A stretch of DNA of 21,287 nt from assembly GCA_027031765.1 (NCBI GenBank), contig JALVPN010000007.1, positions 1-21,287 on the forward strand. The letters run 5' to 3'. A model generated the notes under the pieces. That model saw nothing but the letters and a program-made list of their open reading frames with translations. It searched no databases and had not been told where the DNA came from. Position 1 is the first letter of the stretch. Every line of letters begins with the position of its first letter. Both the position numbers and the translations under genes were made by a program. Positions 1 to 7,164 of the stretch are shown one piece after another. The stretch is from Promethearchaeota archaeon. GTDB taxonomy: Archaea > Asgardarchaeota > Thorarchaeia > Thorarchaeales > Thorarchaeaceae.

Positions 1-765
1 AAGGTCGACAGCATATCTCGCTTGATGACGTGTTCCACTTCTCATGCTACCCTCAACAATAATTGTTGATTCTGCTAGGGCAGCAATTATCCGGTTCCTG
101 TGGACGAAGTTCCCAAGGGACACCTGTGAGTCAGGCCCGTACTCTGAAATGAGGGCTCCGCCATTGTCGATGATTGCTGATGCGAGCTGAGCGTTGCCTT
201 GTGGCACAACCCTTCCAACGTATGATGGCAAGACTGCCACAGTGCGTCCACCTCCCTCAAGGGCCCCCTCGTGAGCTGCCGCATCTACACCATAGGCCAG
301 TCCTGACACAACTGTGTAGGCGTGCTGTGCAAGCAGCTCTGCAATCCGTCTGCTCATCCGTCTGCCGTATCTTGTTGGACTCCGAGTCCCAACTATTGCA
401 ACTGACTTCGTTCCCAAGATGGCGTCTAAATCCCCCTTGACAAAAAACGATAGCGGTGGGTCAGGTAGGTCAAACAACCGGCGAGGATAGTTCTCCGAGA
501 TGCTCGTGACAATACGTATTCCTTCGTCCATCATTCTCTGGACGACGTCCTCATAGTATTCGACCGTCTTGCGGGGGTTCAGTTTGCGGATTGATTTGAC
601 TAGTCGAGGAAACATCTTGGCCAAGGGCTCTGGCGGACTGCTAATCCCGTCTTCAAGAGTTCCGGAAAGACGCAGAATCTCAACAGCGGCCTCTGTGCTG
701 AATTCCTTCAGTTGGCACAGAACAAGCCAACACGCAAGATGCCGTCGGATCGAGTCCGCGGTCAA
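1..765 (-). CDS. dprA: DNA-processing protein DprA/SMF (SLOG Rossmann fold); 3' end runs off the left edge of the window
   Basis: Translated by hand; absent from the ORF track because its stop lies outside the window. Frame is open from 819 to 1: ...NYPRRLFDLPDPPLSFFVKGD...SVAIVGTRSPTRYG...VVSGLAYGVDAAAHEGALEGGGRTVAVLP...GGALISEY...FVHRNRIIAALAESTIIVEGSMRSGTRHQARYA. These are the canonical DprA motifs. Start taken as TTG at 765, with GGAGG (776-780) 10 nt upstream. Confidence 0.92.
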   Translation of the reverse strand, partial: MTADSIRRHLACWLVLCQLKEFSTEAAVEILRLSGTLEDGISSPPEPLAKMFPRLVKSIRKLNPRKTVEYYEDVVQRMMDEGIRIVTSISENYPRRLFDLPDPPLSFFVKGDLDAILGTKSVAIVGTRSPTRYGRRMSRRIAELLAQHAYTVVSGLAYGVDAAAHEGALEGGGRTVAVLPSYVGRVVPQGNAQLASAIIDNGGALISEYGPDSQVSLGNFVHRNRIIAALAESTIIVEGSMRSGTRHQARYAVDL

Positions 766-906
766 TACATATAGGCCTCCACCCAATAGCTGGTGGCGCA
801 AACAGATAAGGACAACGGTCTACCGGTGCCATTCAAGAGAGAACGTAGACGCCAATTGGGCAGCTGCTCCGAAAAGGCCTCTGACGATAGTACCAACTAT
901 TGCAAC
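385..906. repeat. Pair of 18-nt direct repeats (17/18 identical) at 385-402 and 889-906
   Basis: AGTCCCAACTATTGCAAC (385-402, inside dprA, encodes VAIVGT) versus AGTACCAACTATTGCAAC (889-906, upstream of dprA); offset 504 nt. Confidence 0.55.
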
Positions 907-1065
907 CCCTGCGCAGGCCATCATATGCCCAGTCCTGCACGCCTCATGCGCTTCAGTCTCACACAACACGGTTCTGGCCAGGTCCAGCGCGACTCCTCCC
1001 CTCTCCCACGTTCTGACCGGACCGGGGTCAAGAGTTGCCCCATGGGCGCCTGGCGGACACGACGG

Positions 1066-1629
1066 CTACCGGAGGGCGGACTGTATCAGCTCGTCATCGA
1101 TGACCCTGCACTCATCGCACACCTCCATGAGCCGTGAGTGTGCGCGCGTGCGTGCGTGTCCGTTCTCGTCGTGACAGTCGGCATGGTACAGTACCGTGAC
1201 CACACCGGCATCCTTGGCCGCCAGTACCGCCGGCACGAGGTCACTGTCACCTGTCACAAGCACGGCAGTCCCGATTTGACGGCCCCAGCTCATCCGTACG
1301 AGGTCCACTGACATGAGGACATCTACCATCTTCTGTACGAACTCGCCGGCGTGACGGTCATAGGCCAGACGGCCGAGCCTTATGTCGAACCTCCTCAGTT
1401 TGCCGAGGGTCGCAAGGAACCTGTTGTGACGCAAGTACCGTCGTCGCTGCTCATCTGTTGGCGGGTCGTCCTGATATGGCAGGCAGTCGTATACGTAGGT
1501 GCGCAGCCGCTCCTTGCCGTCACACATCATATCAGATAGCCTTTCAAAGTTCACCTGGGGCTCATCGAAACAGTACTTGAAGACCTTCGACAGGTAGCCC
1601 ATGTCAATTAGAACAGCAGTCCGGTTCAG
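1066..1629 (-). CDS. NYN domain (LabA/DUF88, PIN-like fold) putative ribonuclease
   Basis: Motifs RTAVLIDMGYL, QKMVDVLMSVDLV and VLVTGDSDLVPAVLAAKDAGVVTVL. The first catalytic Asp lies just upstream of the ORF-track ATG (1602), so the start is extended to an in-frame CTG at 1629, which directly follows an in-frame TGA. Confidence 0.87.
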   Translation of the reverse strand: MNRTAVLIDMGYLSKVFKYCFDEPQVNFERLSDMMCDGKERLRTYVYDCLPYQDDPPTDEQRRRYLRHNRFLATLGKLRRFDIRLGRLAYDRHAGEFVQKMVDVLMSVDLVRMSWGRQIGTAVLVTGDSDLVPAVLAAKDAGVVTVLYHADCHDENGHARTRAHSRLMEVCDECRVIDDELIQSALR

Positions 1630-1720
1630 TCAGACGTCCCCAGGACATTTTTGCATGCTGTCCCGGTGGGACGGCAGCGCTCATTTCTTGTCAAGCGCAC
1701 CTGTCCGACCGCGGAGGAAG

Positions 1721-1727
1721 ATAAATA
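1721..1727 (-). promoter_or_regulatory. Candidate TATA box (TATTTAT) upstream of the NYN gene
   Basis: AT-rich island in a GC-rich intergenic region, about 90 nt upstream of the proposed CTG start. Confidence 0.3.
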
Positions 1728-1758
1728 GCTACCGGAAACGACCCCCGGGTCAGGACTG

Positions 1759-1776
1759 GGACCAGGACCCGTCCTG
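1759..1776. repeat. Perfect inverted repeat ACCAGGAC-CC-GTCCTGGT
   Basis: 8-bp arms with a 2-nt spacer in the tyrS-NYN intergenic region. Confidence 0.6.
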
Positions 1777-1947
1777 GTGTCTGGGAGCGGGCCCACGAGG
1801 ACATGTCGGCAATCCGTGCTGCCGGCTGGAGGGCCACGTACCGGTTGCAGGAGACCGTGTGCGTGGATGCGCCTGTCACGTTGTTGTCATCCAGTACCCG
1901 CGGCCCGCTGGGACGCCGAGACCGCAGAGGATTCCAGCAGCCAGCCA

Positions 1948-2961
1948 CTACTGGAATGTACGTTCCACCTCTTCAAGGAGGTCGTGGTGGCGCTCGAAGT
2001 ACTCACGTGCAGGGGCTAGGAGTTCAATGAGGTGTTCTGCGACTGCTGCCTTCACGTCTAGTGGGTGGACCTCCTTTGCTGTGAATGCGGACTCGAAGGC
2101 AGTGACCGAGTCGAACTCCACATCGCCGCCGTAGCGCTCGTCACGCCGCACGACGAACTTGTCGTAGCGCGGGAATATGATGTACCTGACAGTCGCAGTG
2201 AGCGGGTTGCCCTCAAGCTCGCCCGCTGGACAGTACGCCTTCTTGATCTTGGAGCGGATGGTCTCCGGCGGGTCGGTCACGCGCACGTGTGTCGAGGGGT
2301 CGCTCGCGGACATCTTGTGCTCGCCGCCCTTCAGCGACACCAGTAGGGGCATGAATATGTAGGCACCCTTCTGGTACTCGAGGGCCTCAAGGGTTTCCCT
2401 GCCGAGCATGTATATGTTCCTCTGGTCGATACCACCCACTGTTATGTCTGCCTCAAGGTACTTGACATCGAGGATTTGGAGGAGCGGATAGAGTAGCTCT
2501 GACACCTTGGCCTCACCACGCATCCGGACGACCTCGCTTGCTGCACGCTTTGCCCGGGTGGTGGTGACCATCGCCGACAGTCTGTAGAGGTCCTCCACAT
2601 AGTCACGTCTGTGCTGGTAGCTCGACCCACGGACAAAGCGCAACCTGTCCGCCCCCTTCCCGAGCACCCCGCGGATGCACTCCATATAGTACTTGGAACG
2701 GAGGTCCATGAGCTCGAACGAAGTCTTCCTGTCATCAAGGTGTGCGTGGTAGTCGGCGAGGAGGAGAGTGCCGCGGCCCCCGAGCTCGGCGAGCTGGACC
2801 AGTTTGTTTAGTGGGATCAGGTAGGCATAGTGGAACGGGCCGGTCGGGGCAGTACCATAGTAGAAGTTGAACGACTTCCTGAGCTCAACTATCTCTCTCA
2901 CTTCGTCCTCTGTCACTACTTCCTCTGCGTTGCTCACTGCCGTCTCGTACCGGTCGCTCAA
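1948..2961 (-). CDS. tyrS: Tyrosine--tRNA ligase, archaeal/eukaryotic type
   Basis: Motifs [14 protein letters not shown] (HIGH equivalent), [26 protein letters not shown], KMSAS (KMSKS equivalent), KIKKAYCP and VHPLDVK. TTG at 2961 is preferred over GTG at 2982 because the TATA-like box at 2996-3001 is too close to 2982. Confidence 0.96.
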   Translation of the reverse strand: [337 protein letters not shown]

Positions 2962-2995
2962 TGCCAACCACGGCGCTGACACCGGGGGGTCGCGA

Positions 2996-3007
2996 CTTAA
3001 GCTTTAT
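2996..3007 (-). promoter_or_regulatory. Candidate BRE/TATA promoter (ATAAAG-CTTAAG) for tyrS
   Basis: Purine-rich stretch followed by TTAAG, about 35-45 nt upstream of the TTG start. Confidence 0.5.
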
Positions 3008-3122
3008 GGACTCCACTGGGGGTAGATGTGGGGAAACGGGCAGGGGCAGGCAGCAGGTGTCCGGCAACACCGCACAGACCTGCCTCTGGACTACCGGTGC
3101 ACCAGCAGTACTGCCATGTCCG

Positions 3123-4151
3123 TCAGACCAGTGGTGCCCTGCGACGACGGCGCCTCGACAGCACCGTGGCAGCGACACCACCGACGACCACACTGAACCA
3201 CAGTGTCACGAAGCGGATGAGGATTGTCGCAGCACTGGCAACTGCAAGCGGGAGCATGAGGAGGGCCGTCATCACACCCACCGCAAAGGCCTCGTAGCCG
3301 CCCAGACCTCCCGGCAGGAACACAAGTACGGCACCCACGGTCGATGCCGCAGCGTGTACGAAGACTGCCTGTGCCAACAGGACCAGGGATGGGACTGTGA
3401 GGGAGGGGAGGCCAGCACCCGTGAGGAGGCTGAGGAGGAGCCAGAGTTCCAGGCACTCCATAGACCAGCCGGGTATGCTCAGTGCTACCATGAGCAGTAG
3501 TGGACGCGGTGACAGGGTCCTGACAAGTGTGTCTTCGACCAGGTCCATGCTGTCCCTGAAGCGGGCGAACGGGCCGGCACCAGTGACCCTGTGCAGCACG
3601 CGTTGATAGAAGGCCGGGTTCCCGAGGAGTACGGCAGCACCCACACCGAGAGCACCGACAAACCCGAGGAGGAGCAACTCGTTACCGCCGGTCATGCCGA
3701 CGAGGAAGCCGAGCACCGCAAGCAGCACCATCGCCAGGAGGTCGGTCACACGCTCAGCGACCACCACCGGGGCTGTCTTTGCAATGGGGGTGCTATCGAG
3801 TTCGTTACAGAAATAGCCCTTGATGGCCTCGCCAATCTTGCCGGGTGTTGCCGTGAGCACGAAGCCTGCAAGGAACACCGTGAAGCTGTCAGAGTGCGAG
3901 TAGTGGACACCAATCCTGTGGAGGTAGTACTGCCACTTGAAGTAGCGGATGACATAGTTCATGAAGGACAGCAACACCATTGCCGGGACGACCCACCACG
4001 GCAGTGCAGCAAGGGCAGCCACAACAAGGTCGTACTGGCCCAGCCAGACCATGACCAGGTACACGACCACGCCAAAGACGACGAAGCCAACAGCATGCCT
4101 CAGGCTTATGATGTGAGCCGGGCGTCCGGAAGCCTCTTCGCCTCCACTCAC
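3123..4151 (-). CDS. UPF0104 / lysylphosphatidylglycerol synthase TM-domain family membrane protein (putative flippase)
   Basis: Multiple hydrophobic helices; motifs NYVIRYFKWQYYL, TPGKIGEAIKGY, VVVAERVTDL, LPGGLGGYEA and ATILIRFVTLWF. Start placed at GTG 4151, which overlaps the PHP stop as GTGA and has GGAGGTG just upstream. Confidence 0.88.
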   Translation of the reverse strand: MSGGEEASGRPAHIISLRHAVGFVVFGVVVYLVMVWLGQYDLVVAALAALPWWVVPAMVLLSFMNYVIRYFKWQYYLHRIGVHYSHSDSFTVFLAGFVLTATPGKIGEAIKGYFCNELDSTPIAKTAPVVVAERVTDLLAMVLLAVLGFLVGMTGGNELLLLGFVGALGVGAAVLLGNPAFYQRVLHRVTGAGPFARFRDSMDLVEDTLVRTLSPRPLLLMVALSIPGWSMECLELWLLLSLLTGAGLPSLTVPSLVLLAQAVFVHAAASTVGAVLVFLPGGLGGYEAFAVGVMTALLMLPLAVASAATILIRFVTLWFSVVVGGVAATVLSRRRRRRAPLV

Positions 4152-4822
4152 AGTGGCCACCTCCTGGTCCTCTGCCAGACCGCCGTGGGGAGGTGTACGA
4201 AGAACGGCGAGCAGCGACCAGATATCCTAGTACGGCCGTGTGCCAGGGCCTCGTAGATGTCGTCCGCCGACTCGATGCCCTCAAGCCACGTCCTTGCAGT
4301 CCCGACCTCGATGGTGGTGTGCCCGTCGCTGCCAGCCGTCATCGGCTTCCCAAGAGTACGGGCCAACTCCTGCGCACGGGAGTTGAACACGGGCACGATG
4401 CACCGGGAGTTGATGCCCTCGACCAGGTCGACATGTTTGCGGATCAGTCCACGTGGCAGGTGACGACGCACTGCTGTGTGTTTGCGCAGCCTGTCGCAGG
4501 GGTGTGGGAGGACGCGCAGCCCGTTCTGTTCTGCGATTGTTTCGGCGGTCTCAACAAACGACATCCTGTGCGGCAATGGTCGGTCTATGAACAGGCCGAT
4601 GAGCTCGCCATAGTCGGTGGACTTGAACTCGCACGCAGGGATGAGGAACATGCCGTCGCGGTGTATGACCCTGGTGAGCGATGGACGCTCGTGTTCCGTG
4701 ATAGCGATGCCGGTCAGCCCACGCCTGCGCATCAGGCCAAAGAGCTCCCTCGGGAGGAGCATCCCGTCCTTTGAGTGCACAGTGTGGGTGTGGAGGTCGA
4801 AGGAAGAGAGTCCAGGATCCAC
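4148..4822 (-). CDS. PHP-domain metal-dependent phosphoesterase
   Basis: Motifs DLHTHTVHSKDG, AITEH, ACE, LPHP, VEGINSR and TAGSDGH; GGGGTGA RBS 6 nt before the GTG start. Confidence 0.9.
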   Translation of the reverse strand: MDPGLSSFDLHTHTVHSKDGMLLPRELFGLMRRRGLTGIAITEHERPSLTRVIHRDGMFLIPACEFKSTDYGELIGLFIDRPLPHRMSFVETAETIAEQNGLRVLPHPCDRLRKHTAVRRHLPRGLIRKHVDLVEGINSRCIVPVFNSRAQELARTLGKPMTAGSDGHTTIEVGTARTWLEGIESADDIYEALAHGRTRISGRCSPFFVHLPTAVWQRTRRWPL

Positions 4823-4841
4823 CAGGTCTCACCCCGTGCGG

Positions 4842-5798
4842 TCATGGTACGCTCACTGGTGGCAGTACCGAAGTGATAGCGTCCATCAGCGGCACCCAGA
4901 AGAAGAGTGTCAGTATGAGGGTGAAGCCGAAGAGGACGCCGCCGAAGACCAGCCCCCGGTCCTTGACTGCAAGGTGCGGCTTGCGTCCCACAGGACTGCC
5001 AATGTGGATGAGGTAGACGTATCGCAGTACGATGCCTGCAGCTATCGGGACAGTGAGCATGATGGGCTGTTGCGACATCAGACTGCCGTAGACATTGTAG
5101 CAGTACAGTGCATAGAACATCACGACCCATGTGGCGGACATTGTTATTGCATGGTCCAGCAGCATGTGGTCGTACTTCCGGAACACGGGCTTGTGCAGGG
5201 CCGCCTCCTCACCCAGGAGCTGGAGCTCGTTCTTCCGCTTGCCAAAGCCGAGTACCAGGGCGACAAAGAACACCCCGATTATCAGCCACGACGTGAACGG
5301 CACACCGAGGAGGAAGGTGCCTGCGACCGCACGGATCACAAAGCCCACGGCAATCGTGCAGACGTCGATGATGGGCCACTCCCGAAGCTTGAGGTTGTAT
5401 GCATGGGCATTGACCATGTACAGGAGGACCAGTATGAAGAACATCGGGTTCAAGAGGTATGACAGTGGCAGTCCCGCCCCATAGAGGACGGTGGCGAGTG
5501 CCAGTGCAGTGCGACGCATTGCCCGTCCGGACGGGAGGGGGCGCTCACGTTTCTCCGGGTGCGCAGCATCCTTCTCCATGTCAAAGACATCATTGACAAT
5601 GTAGCCTGCGCTGGAAACAGCACAGAGCACTAAGAACCCTACGATGAGCGGCGGGTAGTTCGACAGGACGAAGACAGCGGGCATGCGTTCCCACGGCCAC
5701 GTGTGGGGGATTTCCACGAATACGATTGCCAAGAACACAAGCAGGTTCTTGTACCACTGGTGGGGACGCATCATAGCGATGTAGTCTTTCACTGGCAA
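4842..5798 (-). CDS. UbiA-family prenyltransferase, decaprenyl-phosphate phosphoribosyltransferase (DPPR synthase)-like subfamily
   Basis: Motifs RPHQWYKNLLVF, YIVNDVFDMEKDAAHPEKRERPLPSG (Asp-rich), YNLKLREWPIIDV, FGKRKNEL and YDHMLLD; many TM helices; GGAGG (5809-5813) upstream of TTG. Confidence 0.87.
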   Translation of the reverse strand: MPVKDYIAMMRPHQWYKNLLVFLAIVFVEIPHTWPWERMPAVFVLSNYPPLIVGFLVLCAVSSAGYIVNDVFDMEKDAAHPEKRERPLPSGRAMRRTALALATVLYGAGLPLSYLLNPMFFILVLLYMVNAHAYNLKLREWPIIDVCTIAVGFVIRAVAGTFLLGVPFTSWLIIGVFFVALVLGFGKRKNELQLLGEEAALHKPVFRKYDHMLLDHAITMSATWVVMFYALYCYNVYGSLMSQQPIMLTVPIAAGIVLRYVYLIHIGSPVGRKPHLAVKDRGLVFGGVLFGFTLILTLFFWVPLMDAITSVLPPVSVP

Positions 5799-5821
5799 CC
5801 CATGCCTGCCTCCTTGTTGTG

Positions 5822-6910
5822 CTACGAGTCCTCCTCAGAGTACGACTTCCACAGCTGCCCCCACTCCGTCTCTTCAAGGAACCAGCGTACCCACTTCTTA
5901 CCGAACAGCGGCAGCCAGATACCGTCGTGGTACAGCCCCGAGAGCTGCGTGGGCAGCCACATTAGCGGCGACCTGAATATGAAACGTTCCATGCCAGGGA
6001 ACTTCAGGAACCCACGGTTCCATGCGATGACGGGGCTCCTGCCGGGCCTGAGGTTGAAGTTGGGCAGGTCGTCCCATGACTCGTAGTCGCCCACCAGCTC
6101 AATCTGCTCGGGGTCGGCAACGCCCAGGCCCAGCTCGTGTGCCAGCTGCAGCTTCCTGACAACGTGCAGTGGGATACCCATCAGGCGGGTCTGCACAGTG
6201 TCCGCAGCGACCATATCGGTAGTAGCGAGCAGGATGTTGCCAATCTTGGGCACCATGGTCCTGGGACCTGCCCCGTCACCCATCACGGTGCCGTCAGTCA
6301 GCACGAACTCGGAGTGAGATATGGTCTTCTGGAGGAGTAGCAGGTCGACCAGTACCTCGTGTATCTTCAGATGGGCCAGGTGGCGCTTCTTTGTCAGGTA
6401 CAGTCCGAAGGAGTCCTTCAGCGCGCCCGTCATCCAACTGTGACCGTGCGTCTTTATCGTCGGCAGGTGGATGATGTTGCTACCGAAGATCTCCTTTGGC
6501 GCAATCACCTCACCAAAGATGTCCTCAAGGGCCAGGGTCTTCTGTGGGAGCTCCACCGGCACGTAGTGTGCATAGATGAGGGGCAGGAACCGGATCCTGT
6601 GTTTTTTCATGACCGGGTACCAGTTGTTGCCACGGATGCCCTCGAAGATGTTCGTCACAACGGTCTCGTTCTCGACGGCCTGGACCATCCCAGGGTCAAA
6701 CCCATCGGCAACAAGTTTGCGCAACACACCGTCCAGCACGTACGGGTTCGTGGAACATGCGGGGTAGAACTTGCTCCACGACAGGTTCAACTTGATTGTT
6801 GTGAGGACGTCCTTATCGACATGCTTGTCATACTCGGCAAGGTCCATCACGCGTGCAATGTCGTCAAATATCGTCTTCGGGGTTGTGTTGACCACTGCGA
6901 CCTTTGGCAT
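5822..6910 (-). CDS. DUF362 domain protein (no ferredoxin extension)
   Basis: Motifs IKLNL, STNPYVL, HLPTIKTH, MTGALKDSFG, DGTVMGDGAGP and DMVAADTVQTRLMG; ATG start with GGTGAG RBS. Confidence 0.83.
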   Translation of the reverse strand: MPKVAVVNTTPKTIFDDIARVMDLAEYDKHVDKDVLTTIKLNLSWSKFYPACSTNPYVLDGVLRKLVADGFDPGMVQAVENETVVTNIFEGIRGNNWYPVMKKHRIRFLPLIYAHYVPVELPQKTLALEDIFGEVIAPKEIFGSNIIHLPTIKTHGHSWMTGALKDSFGLYLTKKRHLAHLKIHEVLVDLLLLQKTISHSEFVLTDGTVMGDGAGPRTMVPKIGNILLATTDMVAADTVQTRLMGIPLHVVRKLQLAHELGLGVADPEQIELVGDYESWDDLPNFNLRPGRSPVIAWNRGFLKFPGMERFIFRSPLMWLPTQLSGLYHDGIWLPLFGKKWVRWFLEETEWGQLWKSYSEEDS

Positions 6911-7164
6911 TGCTCACCAACATCCACGACAGCCTTTGTCGTACCAGTCTGTCAGACCTGTGGTAGTTTCGGACAACGACACACCTTATGAAGATACCCC
7001 ATTGACCACCCTGCCACGGCCACCCGCAGTCGGTGAGGACAGTAGATACAACACACCCACAGTCCTAGCGCGTTTCCGTACCGGAGTGCCCACGGTGGCC
7101 CGGGCTGGTATTATGGACTCAGACCCAGACCAGCGCCTTGACCGACTGGCGCCCACACCACCGG

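Noticed and set aside
1134-1160. Low-complexity GTGC/GCGC run
   Set aside because: It lies inside the NYN coding region (GHARTRAHS), is too short, and is not a regular repeat.
1-1656. NYN, an 81-codon open spacer (1065-823) and dprA all lie in one minus frame separated only by two TAG codons, suggesting amber (pyrrolysine) readthrough into a fusion
   Set aside because: The spacer peptide has no recognisable domain, dprA has its own GGAGG RBS and TTG start, NYN ends at its normal family boundary, and shared frame plus an 81-codon open stretch is not rare at this GC content.
4617-5462. Long antisense ORFs opposite real genes (also 3591-4256, 6359-6991, 7861-8685, 16183-17073, 16725-17651, 17719-18465)
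   Set aside because: Shadow ORFs expected from GC-rich codon usage; they have no recognisable motifs and overlap well-supported genes on the other strand.
4842-5798. Calling the UbiA gene DGGGP synthase (archaeal ether-lipid synthesis)
   Set aside because: The RPHQWYKN, KRKNEL and YDxxxLD motifs and the neighbouring phosphatase/flippase fit the DPPR-synthase-like subfamily better; a phylogeny is needed to settle it.
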